Shown piece after piece: positions 23,579 through 36,087 of a DNA stretch of 64,000 nucleotides. Position numbers and translations under genes: made by a program. Under the pieces are notes generated by a model, which worked only from the letters and a program-made list of their open reading frames with translations, did not search any database and had not been told where the DNA came from. Position 1 is the first letter of the stretch, and each line of letters opens with the position of its first letter. Source of the DNA: Adineta vaga (lineage: Eukaryota; Animalia; Rotifera); contig CP075493.1 of the NCBI GenBank assembly GCA_021613535.1, positions 1,674,001-1,738,000 on the forward strand. The letters are read 5' to 3'.

Positions 23579-26500
23579 CATTGTAAAAAAAAACAATTTG
23601 ATATTAATTAAAACTGTCATGTATATCGTATGAATTCATAAACAATTATTAAATATCGATGTATATGATAGGCATCTTAGGAAACAAGAGCAACTTGATC
23701 TGGAAAGCACAAGACTGAGATATTCATGACACATTTGATAATTGACATGATCAATATTTATGATGAAAAGAAATAAGAATAATAGAAGACCTAGATAGAT
23801 TACAGTTTGATGCTTTCTGTTTGAAAAAAAAACAAGAATTCCTTCAGATGTTATTTGTCATTGATGATCATGACAGACTATACGAATGAAATTGGTAATA
23901 TAAGTCTTCCAAAAGAAATGATATCCAAGAAATTGAATCTTTAGAGATATTCAATAGGTTTCACTCGACAATTATTATCAAGAAAAGTTTTTCATTGAAT
24001 TATCTTATTGATTCATCTCGATGAATATGAATCATTCGGACAAATTTATCCGTCAATGATAAATCTAAGTTTTGTTAATATGACGTCAGCATTGTCTTTG
24101 ACATTCAATTGATCCATATTAGAAAATTCTTCATCAAGGTGAACTCTTACTGGTTTTTAGGTAAATTAAAGGTCGATGATATATCAAGCAGAATATTCGA
24201 ATAGGAAATTGCTTGACTAGATGAACGTCAATATGATTTACTAAAATTTCCATTGAAATAGAATTAACTAACAAGCAGCTGCATTTAAATTGCAAATTTA
24301 TCGTTTGAAAAGAATAGAAACTGATGTTTCATATTCTTAATTATCTTTGTTATTATCTGAATAAAAACAAAATTGAGTATTCAAATATGTCATGAGAACA
24401 TTAACCCTCTAAAAAACGACAACAGACGATGTCATGCAAGCTGCTAATCAACAAATTGAGTAAAAGTCTCGATAAAGTCAACTATATTAGCCAGACTATA
24501 GGCTGTGCTTTTTCAAGTGCATAAACTAACACTGTTTAATGAACAGAAATTTTCGTTAAAATACGTCATTCAGTAATTAACCTATAGAAAAAAGAAATGA
24601 ACTTCGCCTTCCGTCTAACTTTTTAGACTTATCATTAAATCATTCGGATTTCTTGTTCCTTCCGATTAAAAAAAAAATGATGTTTATGCTTATCTAATAA
24701 CAAAATTATTTGAATAAATAATGTATTCATACATGAACATTATTGATCAGTCAAAGATCAAACACGCTCATCCGTGTGCGATGTGTATATCATTATTACA
24801 ATTTATTATACGAATCATAGTTATTTAATCTAACAGTTTCATGTCAGAAAGGTCAATATTTATCCATTTATCACGATGAAGTCAACTAGATTCGATTGTC
24901 TTCGTCGAAATTTCCGTAGTCTAAAGTCCAATAATCAATTTTTGATTCGATTTTTTTTATTAAGAATAAATCATTACTTTCGTTTTATTTAGTATGGTAA
25001 AATACAAGTGAAATAAATCATTTTTGACTTCTATATTTTCGAACTAATCGATCTCAAATTGTTTCTCTTTTGTCTAATAGCAACAATAAAATCGTCATTG
25101 TATATGTTATATCTTGCGAATGACATCAATAAATACAAGACGAATAGAAACTATCTTGTTGTCTTCATATGTGTTTTGTTTTCCAAGGACATATATTTTC
25201 TTTTCTTCTACACAGATGTCAATACTACTGAAAGAGACAAAAATTGACACGTAAAAGAGGCTATCTAAGAAGATTTCTAAGGAAAAATATTGGGCAAAAA
25301 GAAGAAAACGAGAGAAAAGAAATTTGACATGGCGAGAAGAAACGAGTTTGCCTTATTACATTCTATCAGTTCAGAGAAATACAAATACAACAGTTTTCTT
25401 TTCTTCTTCTTCTTTTCTTAGCATTTATTGTTTGTCTGCTGCTTTTCTATTCTATTGAGTATCTGTTCTTTGCCTATCAAGTCGAATTCTCATCCTTCAA
25501 TTGTTAATTGTTCTCTTGACATAGAATAACATAAGAGATATTATTCTCGAAAAATATTATTTTTCCTGTCGATTCAATGACTTCACTTAGTCCAACATCG
25601 AACACAACAGATTTTACAGGTAAATATCAAGGAAATTTCTTTTCTAGATGTCGTAAATTATTGACAACTATTGTTCTTCCTTCTATTGACACTTCAATTT
25701 CACAGATGAGTTACAAAAAGAAAAAAATATATGATGTGACGAGTAAATCACTCTTTTGTATAGAATATGAGTATGATTCCCCAAAGGTTATGTTTTCTCA
25801 TGTAGAATAAATCTTTTATATCACGAATATCAAATCGTAGAAAAGAAAATGTTTTCAAACGTATCTAGTCGATTTAATCTCATATCTTGTCATTGTTTGA
25901 TAAATCGACTCTATAAATTTAACATAACAATTATTCTTCTAATATTATCACGACCAAAATGTATATTCAGTTCCGTTTGTCTTCTATTCATCTTTTCCGT
26001 TGACAATTGTGTAATTATATTCGAAAGGAAAGGACATTTCTTTTTTCTTATCTTATTGAAATGAAAATTATTAAACAAAACTCAATGATTAATCTTTCTT
26101 TTTCGCATGAGTAAAGTATTTGACGTGTGTTTTGAGAAGAACGAATAACTCCGGGAATAAGTTGGTTCCTTCTTCTCCTCCTCCTCCTCCTCCTCATCAT
26201 CATCTTCTTCTACTACTACTACTGTCTATCAGCTTGTTGGTCCAATCGTTGATTATATAGAATAACAGCAGCGAAAAGAGATAGACAATATGAAGAGAAA
26301 GAAAACGACACTACGATGCTTGTTGTCATTCTCTTGACATCGTCGGAGTTTTCTACTCGATCTTACACATATAATTAGAAGCGACGCCTCTCGAAAATCG
26401 ACAGCAACGCGAAGCAAAAATTCCTCTCGACTCTCGACCATCACTATCGTTTTTGGATGTGAAACGTCAATTCGTATTTTATCTACTTTTATCATCGTCT

Positions 26501-26770
26501 ATTTCGAGACCATTTAATGACAAATGATCGGTTGGACTATTATTAAAGAAGAAGGGAAAAGGAAGAAAAGAACAAAGAGAGAAGAGAGAGAGAGAGAGAA
26601 AGAAAGAGAAAGTACCATCATCACTAACATCACGGCTTTTGGTAATTAGAGAACTTTTTGCGCACATGCGCATTTGTGCCTACATCTAAAAGCAAGACAG
26701 AAGAGCAGTAATTTCAAGTTCATATACAATCAGTATAAAAGAAAACAATGTCATTAATAATCGTATACTA

Positions 26771-29700
26771 ATGGATCGGCAAATACCTTTACCACGTTTT
26801 CGTCTTGATTCGGATTCTACAAGCGAACAAAATACTTCCAATACTGTACGTACACCCTCAAGTAACTTACAAATAACACATCCTAATCCACGTTCACAAA
26901 CTCGTACACGTCAATCACCTTGTTCGGATTTACAAAGTACAACTATTCCTGAAGAACATATCTACAATGATGATCGTCGATCAAGTTCAATGATCGATCA
27001 ATCGAACATCGAACCTTCAAAGATATCTTTCAATAATCAGAGATTATCAAAAGGTGACAATATCAAAACTTGTCGACAACGTTGTCAATCACATTACAAA
27101 TCATTAGATACAACACAAACATCATCATCATTCGCTTCACTTAAACTATGTTCGAATCGTAGTAAAACTATCAATAATGATAATGATGATGATGATGAAA
27201 GAGTGGAGGAGGAGGGGGAAGATGATGAAGTAGATGAAGATGAAATCATTTATCGACCACCACCACGAACTAAGTATCGTTATTCGTTACCTGATGCATC
27301 ACCAGCTACATTAGCTTTAAGAAATATTCTTAAACGTAATAAAACATTAAAATCGAGTTGTTTTGGAAATGGTTTACCTTCGAATTCATCACATTCCTTG
27401 TCTATGTCATTATCAACAACAAATTCTTCTTCACCAATATCAACATTCCGTAATTTTCTTTCTCTAGTAAAACCATCTTCATCAAAATCCAATAATTCAA
27501 CAACATCTCATCATTCAAGTTTAACAACTCTAGCCAATGCAACAACTAGTTCATCAACAACACTTGATCAAACAACATCATCAATTTCACCAACGATGTT
27601 ATGGCATTTTGAGGTAAGTAGATATTTCGACGAAGAAAAACACTGTCTCGCTAATTACAGTAACAACTGTCACTAGTAGAAGATTCTATTTACATTCAAT
27701 GAATCATTGACAGATAATAGCAAAAATATCATCATAAACAAGTCGATCTTTCTCATCGTAGATTAACTGAGAAGAGAAGAAAAGAAAATCAAACGAAATT
27801 TATTCATTTATTCCTGCGGACAAAAAAACAATAGCATCTGTTAATCATAGATAGATCACTTTTTTGTCTTATAATTTCTTTAGAAGGATAAATCACAATG
27901 GTGTTCATCTGATAGTATAAGTAAAATCAGTCTTGGTTCAATTGAATTACATAATTTAACATATGTTGAACATAAACAACTGAAACGGATTGTTTTACAA
28001 CGTTTACAATCAACACAATATGATCTTGGTGTGTCAATACATGTGCCTAAAGGTAGGAAGAGAGTTGAAAACAAAAATGTGTTTCACTTGTATTCTATTC
28101 ACATCTCTAAAGAAAGAAAATTTGATTAATGCAAAAAGAAAGGAGTTTACTCATTTCTAATCGAATCATGTTATTATTGATGAAATTCTCTTGTACGTGC
28201 TCAGCCTTGATTTATGATCGTCGAACCCTGCGGGAAGATAATAAAGTAAAAAGGAAGTGTCTGATTCCAATCTACTCTTCTTTTATCTAAAACAAAAAAA
28301 CAAGAAAGAAATAAGAATTCAATTTATTGTTGTTGTTTATTTGCTTTGTATTTAGAAGAAACTGTCAGAAAACGTAAACATCATTTTATATTTCGAAGTA
28401 AATCCAATGAAAAATCCAAAGATTCAAAAGGTTAGTTATTATTCTTATCAACAAACAAAAAAAAGAACTGAAGAAAAACTGAGTAAATCAAAGGATTCTA
28501 TTGCAATAAAGTGTAGTTTGTTGACAAGAACGCCTCTTTATTTTCTTTCTCTTCCGTTTTCATGATATTCTACTAAACAGGAATAGGGTTGGATCGCATT
28601 CTGACAGGAAAAGGATATAGGATGCGACAAAAAACAACGTTTTTCTCATGTCCATTACTGACATATTATTGTTATGCATAGAGAAAAAATATAAATCAAT
28701 TCTTTATCGTAATCTTTCAGATACAAAATCCAATGGGAATGTTTTTGGTGTTGCTTTATCACAATGTATAACTGATGATGATTGTCATCTTCAAGATGAG
28801 ATTATTTCAACAGCAACAACGAATGCAAGTGGATCGAATCGAAAATATAGTGCTGATGTTATTGATATGTCGACTCATGAGATTAAAACAAGTCCAACAG
28901 GAAGTGTTTCATCAACAAATGATAGTGGATGTTCAATTTCACCAGCTAGTCCAAGTAGTTTACATGTAAAAGAATCTAATCATGAAGGTTCATTTTTTCG
29001 TTTGTGAGCAAAGAAATGATTCTTATTTTAGATTTTGGATTCCGATTATGAACAGAGTAAATTTCGTTCAGTATCATTGGAAGTTTTAGGAACAAATGAG
29101 GCAAGTTTGGGAATGAATAGAATTAAAACATTAAGATGTTATCCAGCAAAAGTACCGGAATTAATCAAAAATTGTTGTGATTATTTAGAAAAAAATGGTA
29201 AAAATATTCGACATTTGAATAACAATGAACAAAAGAAAACTCTAATGTGAATTCTATTTTCATTGTAGGTTTACAAACTGTTGGATTATTTCGAGTGGGT
29301 GTTTCGAAAAAACGATTAAAAGAAGTAAAATTATTGTTTTTATTACGGAGTAAAAACTTTTCTTTTCATAGTTAAAAGATCAAATTAATTCTAATCGAAG
29401 TTTAACATTTGATTCCACAACAAATGCACATGATATAGCTGGTTTAATCAAAGAATTTTTACGTGAATTACCTGAACCATTATTAACTCGAGATTTATGT
29501 GGACCATTTCTCAATATTCGAACAAGTTTGTCTCTTTTCATCTTCGCATACTTGTATTTCATTTCATATCATCTTAGAACTTCATCCGAAAGATCAAGAA
29601 CGTGCACTTTCTTATCTTATTAGTCTATTACCTTCATCAAATCGTGATACATTATATACATTATTAAAATTTCTGTATCATATTTCATTAAATTCTCAAG

Positions 29701-30787
29701 ATCGTTGTACTCCGGAGGGAAAAATTCTTGTACCTGGAAATAAAATGGATGCTGCAAATTTAGCTATTGTTTTTGCACCAACGATACTCATGGATGGTAA
29801 AGCACCTGTCATGTCAAATAAAGAAACAAGTGTAGCAATGACAACAGATCAAATGGAACAAGGAAAAAGTATTTTAAAAATTATGATTGAACAATACAAA
29901 GAACTTTTTATGGTAAGATAAGCAATAGAATTGAAGAGATATATTCGAAAAGATATGTTTTGATTTAGGTTCCAAAAGAATTACATGATGAAATATGTTT
30001 AGCATTGTATGAAAATGATCCGAATCAATTGATGAGAGCATTAGCATTTAAAATTCAAAAAGGTTGTGGGTAAGAAATGAAATTAGTTTTAAATGATTCA
30101 TTGAAATAGAGAATAAATTTTCCTTCTAGAATAAGTTCTATTCAATTAGATGATGAAAATGAACAGTTATTAATGTCATTAGATGTTACATCTATTGCAT
30201 GTGAAATCTCTAGTTCAACAAGTAGTCTATTTAATGGTTTAAATCCACGAATGAATCAACAACAATTAAATGATTCAATTCCTCGTCGTTATAATTTTCG
30301 ACGTAATTCGGATTTTCCATGTTCATCTAATCATGCATCACGTTCATCAGAATTTCTTCAAGTACCAATGTCATCTTCTCAACAACGTCTAACAAATGCA
30401 ACTCATCATTCACTATCAAAATTACCTCGTGTACGAGATATTCGTGAAGCAAGTATGGATCAAATTATCTTTCGTGTAATTGATCCTCTATTTACTACAA
30501 CATCACGTCCAAGTGAACCCATCATTAACATTAGTTCATTTGATGACGGAACAACAGTTAATCGTCCAAATTCACTTGAAATCAATGAACCAACATCTCC
30601 AACAACGACTCCATTATTACGTGAAATAAAAGCTTATTCACGTTCGAAAACAGCTCCATTATCTTCGGTCTCCGGTGCACAACAATTTCTCACTCCGAAG
30701 AAATGTGAAGCACGTGATCTTTGCGGTTCAAGTTCAAATGATGAATCATTATCCCCATCCCTCGGTCATGATAACAGTCCTATTTAA
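26771..30787 (+). CDS. Rho GTPase-activating protein, ARHGAP6/36-like, multi-exon
   Basis: Ser-rich N-terminus. Exon WCSSDSISKISLGSIELHNLTYVEHKQLKRIVLQRL...DLGVSIHVPK resembles the ARHGAP6 pre-GAP segment. VFGVAL, then GAP domain [26 protein letters not shown]...HDIAGLIKEFLRELPEPLL...LPSSNRDTL...NKMDAANLAIVFAPTIL, with the arginine finger present. Confidence 0.9.
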
Positions 30788-30832
30788 GTGTATATAATTT
30801 CTATAAATAAAAACTTCCGACTATGTTTTCTG

Positions 30833-31156
30833 TCATTCATCATTAGGTTGTTTATCACGAGCATGATCTTTAAAATAGTTTAATTCAGCTAATTGAAGTT
30901 CTTTAGCTTTCTTTGCAAACGTATCTGAACGAGATTTTTTCTCAATTAGATCTTTGGTCGATTGAGCTGTTAATGGATTTTTCGAATCAACTGGAATTCC
31001 ATTTGCAAAAGAAACACGTCCAGTACCAATCGATGATCGTGCAGGTTCGATTGTTTCTGTTCGTCGATTCGTTTGATGTTTTAAACATGAACGACGAACG
31101 CTTGGAGTTTGTTTAATAAATTTCGGTTGAGATTTCATATCTTTTGTATTATTCAT
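30833..31156 (-). CDS. Small basic orphan protein (107 aa) with SCLK and RVSF motifs
   Basis: Intronless ATG-initiated ORF with coding-like composition, convergent with the RhoGAP (stop codons 45 bp apart). Confidence 0.6.
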   Translation of the reverse strand: MNNTKDMKSQPKFIKQTPSVRRSCLKHQTNRRTETIEPARSSIGTGRVSFANGIPVDSKNPLTAQSTKDLIEKKSRSDTFAKKAKELQLAELNYFKDHARDKQPNDE

Positions 31157-31326
31157 AGAGAAATTATCAATCGAAAAAGAAAAATAGATGAAAAGAAAAT
31201 GTTGTCAAGGATAAAAAAAAGTTTTTATTGAATTCAAATCGTTTTCTTTTCATCAATCATCGTAATCACAAAAAAAAGAACAATCTACATAACTATATTT
31301 GTTGCTTATTTAGAAATATGAAATCA

Positions 31327-32142
31327 TTATGCTTGTTCAAGTTCTATTAAAATTCCACCGCAATCTTTTGGATGAAGAAATATAACTGGTTTTCCATGTG
31401 CACCAATTTTAGTGTTTTCAGTCAATGTACGAATGTTTTGGTGTTGAATATGTTTCATTGCTTCTTCGATATTATCGACCTAAATTTTTACGATTAAAAC
31501 AAAGATAAGAAATGATGAAGTCAATATATTTACTTCGATACAAATATGATGAATTCCACCTGATTTATTTTTTTCTAAGAATTTCTTTATTGGACTATTT
31601 TCACCCAAGGGAAATAATAACTAAAATCGAAAATGATTTCATTATCATTCTAATACTCAATTCAAAGTTTGATTTACTTCAATTTTTGTATTACCAAAAT
31701 CAACAAAAACTGTATGAACACCATGTTCTTTCAATGGTACAGCTCCACTGACAGATTTTGCTTGAAGAATGTTTTTAAAAAAACTACTTGCTTCATCTAA
31801 AATAATCTTCAATTGAACGACCAAAATTCTTCAAGATTTATTTCTATTCACCTAGACAGGGTACAGCTACAGCAATATGATTAAGTTTTCCAAGTTTCCA
31901 TACTCCACTCGGCACATTTGCTGTAATCTACCATAAATTGCGAAGTTAATAGAGATGAATTTTATATGAAACATTTTATATTACAGGTGATTTATCTGCA
32001 TCTGTTGAACTTAAACGATGAATTGGAAAATTTACTGTTGGACGAATCGTCCGAGTAATGATCTAATCAGACAAATATTTCGTTACAAAAAAAAACTCCA
32101 TTATAAGAGATTTACGATTACCTGTCGAAAATTGTTAAACAT
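31327..32142 (-). CDS. MCEE: Methylmalonyl-CoA epimerase, mitochondrial, multi-exon
   Basis: Spliced: Arg-rich transit peptide, then WKLGKLNHIAVAVP...HGVHTVFVDFGNTKIELLFPLGENSPIKKFLEKNKSGGIHHICIEVDNI...KIGAHGKPVIFLHPKDCGGILIELEQA*. Not captured by the ORF track. Confidence 0.95.
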
Positions 32143-33389
32143 GTTTCCTTCTACGACTCGAAAAAAAAAACTTAAGAATGTTTGCTTGTGCACCTGTTGC
32201 TTTTCTTCTTCGTCGTCTTATCAGTTGTCAAAAGTACGAATAGTTTGACCTCTCTTTCTCTGCACTTATCATTCGATAGTGTGCTCTATATCGTCTAACG
32301 TGTATTTTTGTACTCTACAGTATCATCGTTAGGATTTCGATAGCAATCAAATAAATATCAAACAGAAAATACTTTGTATGCATGTTTTTGTGAATAAATT
32401 CATCTAGATGGGTGCGGGTGTAGTTTCATTATGTGCTTCTTGAGCCACTTTTAATTCGGCTATGTTATTTTGTTGCTTGTACACTTAGAAAATGAAAGTT
32501 TTTTTTTATTGCAAAACTTAGTGAGATCGAACAAAAGAATTTATCATTCTTTGATTTCTGCTTGATGTTGTTCTTCTGCATCTTATAATCCACAATCTTT
32601 ATTTCTTAGTTTCACTTTCTTTTTTTGGAGCCTGAAAGAAAGATGCTTTTTATAAATATCCTGTAATGTAGATGTGTATGTTTACAGAATAAGAAAAATA
32701 GAGTGCATCGACATTCTTCGTCTTCTAGCAATATCCTCTTCCATTACAATTTCATACTTTCTTATTTCACTTGTATTAATTTAATAAATCTGTTGGATGA
32801 AGAATATGTTCATAGAACAATTTTAATTGCATTTTGAAAGAAGAACGTCGGATATATTACGAAATTGATAGAAACACATACGTTTTTGTTTTACAGTGAT
32901 GAGAACGTGTGATCTTCTCTCGAAACAATATTGCAACTAACAGTAAACTGATCGCTTTTGATTAAAAAGTAATCAGACTAGCCTCATATTACTGTGAACA
33001 AAATCCAAATCAAGATGACTAAAAGAAAATGACTGTTGATCAAATGTAAAAAGTTTTTGTCATTAGATACAAGTATATTCTCTAATATAGTCCCTCAAAT
33101 GTCTATAAATCTGAGTGTTATTATTGCATAGCTTTTAGAAAAGCCTGGATCATAAAAAAAGAGAGTATCTGTTCTGGACATGTAGATGAACAATACCATG
33201 CATTTCATCAACGACTACAAGCTGGAAATGGTTTTCGATATATGGTATATTATCAATAACTGTTGTGATATAAACGATAGTTAATGGGAATAGGTAAATG
33301 GGCGCTACTGTTCGATAGTTTAAAGCATTGACCTCGATTTTTGAAAAATATTTTGTCAAATTGTTTACTTTACGTAAGTAGAAAAATAA

Positions 33390-34016
33390 TTAAAGAGCTT
33401 CTTCAGTTTCATTAGAAGTTTTTCTATGAATTTCTCGTTTTGTTGATATATATATAGCGTTTGCTGTTGGTAGATAGTTTTTTAAACGCACTACATTTTG
33501 TTCATTAATATTCATCGATGTTCGATATTTTCGATGACGTGGAACTAAATGATAATAAAATTTATTCGATGACGTCAAATGTCTTTGTTGGAGACGTTGA
33601 TAATAAACATATAATATGAATAGAAGTATTAAAAAGAATAAACTAATTATTAAAAGAATGATTAAAATAAGATGATTTTGTAGAAAAGTATGAAGATAAT
33701 TCGAAGAGAATAATGTTTCATAAAAAGACGATGTTGAAGTTGTTATTATTGTAGAAAAGACATTTGTTTGTGAAGGTAATGAAGTTGTTTCTATCGATGG
33801 AATGAGATGATGTAATGATGAACGATCATGATCATTAGGTAAAGTATGGGAAAATGATTTGAATGAACATGTACGAGAAGAATAAGGTGGTGGTCCAGGA
33901 AACATCGGTGGTGGTGGTGGAAAATAATTGATATATGCGAATAAAATAGTTATATTCGATGGATATTCTATTCCATGTAGAATTTCATATGGAATTGACG
34001 AGCGTAATTGATTCAT
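33390..34016 (-). CDS. Uncharacterised single-pass membrane protein
   Basis: 208-aa ORF with a Pro-rich segment (FPPPPPMFPGPPPY), S/T-rich stalk, TM (LILIILLIISLFFLILLFILYVYY) and basic tail. A possible upstream exon lies at ~34117-34209. Confidence 0.65.
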   Translation of the reverse strand: MNQLRSSIPYEILHGIEYPSNITILFAYINYFPPPPPMFPGPPPYSSRTCSFKSFSHTLPNDHDRSSLHHLIPSIETTSLPSQTNVFSTIITTSTSSFYETLFSSNYLHTFLQNHLILIILLIISLFFLILLFILYVYYQRLQQRHLTSSNKFYYHLVPRHRKYRTSMNINEQNVVRLKNYLPTANAIYISTKREIHRKTSNETEEAL

Positions 34017-34538
34017 TGAAGAAAATTGATCTGAATTGTATGAACTAACAAATAAAAAACAAACGTTGTTTTTACTTCTATCGACTTATTATATTATTTT
34101 TCATAATGATCATTTACTGGATAAAACTAATTTTTTCTATTATTCTATAATAATATTTAGTAAATATGAATCGATAATAATAAGTTTGAATGCGTATTTG
34201 CCAACGGGTCTTTTATATGAGAATAGATATAAATAAATATATATGTGTTAGTGTTAAAGGAAGGAACACATACATGATAGATAGTTCTATAGAACTGACA
34301 AGAAGAAGACAATTTTATATGTTTCTTTTTCTCTCTGCTTTTCTTTCATTCGTTATTATGATCACATTTATCAGTGCCGTTTTTGAGGATTGTCAAACAG
34401 ATGTAGTTCTCATCTTGCATATGTTATGTTAACATGACATGTTTCATGTGAATAGATCTTCTTCTTTTTTGTTTTCTTTGTTCAATCAAATTGAACGATA
34501 ATCTTAAGAACAAAAATACACAATGACAAATCTGTACT

Positions 34539-35231
34539 CTAATCAAATTGTTGAATAATATTTCCTAAACCAGTACGTATTTGTTTTCGTAAAGGTCCTT
34601 TATAAAAAACAGTTCCAATTCCACTTAAAATTATATTAATTTCATCCGTTGCTGTTACATAAATATTTCCAATTCCGCTTGATATAACATTGATTTTTTT
34701 CGTAAATAAACTTCCACCTTGAATATCTCCTACACCTAAAGATTGTATTGTTGCTTCTTCATTGACTTGTCCACATAATTTCATTCGACCAATGGAATGT
34801 AAATATACATCGAGAAAATTAACATTTAATTTCAATTTAATAAAACCAGTTGCACGATGATGTAGAACAAGTTTGTTCGTTTGAATTGGATTTAAACATT
34901 GAATATTGATCATTCCCGTGATGAAAAGTTCGGTTATATTCGAATAATGAATTGTTATATTAATCTTACTTTTATTAACTAAATTTATATTTTCAATCAT
35001 ACGAATAAGAAGAATATCGTTTTGAACAACATCGATTAGAATTAAATGTTCCATTGATTCATCAGCTGATACATCAACTGATGAAGAATTCATAGTTTGT
35101 GAAAGTTTAACATCAAATCGACCGGCAGCAAGATGAATTTTTGTAAAAGAATTTAATTTATGTGAATGAATTTTTTCTTCTCCTTTGATTATTTGAAGAA
35201 ATGAAACGATAAGGAAGAAAATATTCAACAT
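34539..35231 (-). CDS. Secreted GIN-domain / DUF2807 (putative autotransporter adhesin head) beta-helix protein, bacterial-type
   Basis: Intronless 230 aa. Signal peptide, then FTKIHL..G.FDVKLSQ...VDVSADESMEHLI, and repeated S-G-I-G-like turns (SIGRMKLCG, SLGVGDI, SSGIGNI, LSGIGTVFYKG, TGLGNI). This is the architecture of DUF2807 proteins. Confidence 0.8.
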   Translation of the reverse strand: MLNIFFLIVSFLQIIKGEEKIHSHKLNSFTKIHLAAGRFDVKLSQTMNSSSVDVSADESMEHLILIDVVQNDILLIRMIENINLVNKSKINITIHYSNITELFITGMINIQCLNPIQTNKLVLHHRATGFIKLKLNVNFLDVYLHSIGRMKLCGQVNEEATIQSLGVGDIQGGSLFTKKINVISSGIGNIYVTATDEINIILSGIGTVFYKGPLRKQIRTGLGNIIQQFD

Positions 35232-35670
35232 AGATGCTCAATAAGACAACAAATGAATCTTATCTTTTCATATTAGAATCATTCGTAAGCTTGTTAATCT
35301 CTTTCTTTCTTTTGTTTCGATTTCGATTGCATTAATTGACTCGAGAATAGTACGTTAAATAATAAATAAATCTTTCAATTATCTCTCGTGACGTAATAAC
35401 TTCTTTTTTCATAAACTTTTATTTAATTGGATAAAAAAATCAATGATTCATTTGCACTTTCATCTCAAATATCTTTTTATTATAAAAGACGAAGAAGTCG
35501 TAGAAAATCTTTTCTCGTCCGTTTTTTTTTCTTCAAAATACGGCTTCAGATAACTGCAGAAAAGCAAAGAAAAAAGTTATTCCGACAGACATGCTCAAAG
35601 TATGTTAGAATAATAATAATAAAAAGAAAAAAAAGAAAACGTTTTTCTTTATATTTGAACAATAATAATA

Positions 35671-36087
35671 ATGGGATGTGGAACTGGTCGAGTTTATAAT
35701 GAAAAAGATGTTGAAACACACATTAACAAATGTCAAACACGTTTACCATCAGCTGAATTAGTCGAAGGTGATGTTATTAAATTAACGAGTAAAAATGGAT
35801 TTTTTAATTCAAGTTCATTACTAAATTCACAATGGTTACAAGGAAAATTAAGTAATAATGAATATCGACAAGCTATCGAACATATTAATCAACGAATTGG
35901 TCAATCAATTATTGGCGCAGTAAAGAATCTTTCAATTGAACAAATTCCGAAAAGTCAATCAGCAAAATTAGCTATTGAAGAATTGAATGACAAATATCGA
36001 GGACGTGTTCAGTTTCTCTTTCGAAATGATGATCAAGACAATTCAATAAATACGACCGAATCGTTTATTTATATTAATTTTAAATAA
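35671..36087 (+). CDS. Small N-acylated (MGC) protein with an Erf4/GOLGA7/CHIC-like segment
   Basis: Intronless 138 aa starting MGCGTG. LQGKLSNNEYRQAIEHINQRI resembles the CHIC/Erf4 helix (LTGKVAPEEF...I.RVN). C-terminal FIYINF strand. Confidence 0.7.
   Translation: MGCGTGRVYNEKDVETHINKCQTRLPSAELVEGDVIKLTSKNGFFNSSSLLNSQWLQGKLSNNEYRQAIEHINQRIGQSIIGAVKNLSIEQIPKSQSAKLAIEELNDKYRGRVQFLFRNDDQDNSINTTESFIYINFK

Noticed and set aside
24401-24412. TTAACCCT, resembling a piggyBac-type terminus
   Set aside because: No matching inverted terminus or transposase remnant found in the window.
31327-32142. MCEE as a bacterial HGT
   Set aside because: It has a mitochondrial transit peptide, several spliceosomal introns and metazoan-type sequence, so it is an ordinary vertical gene.
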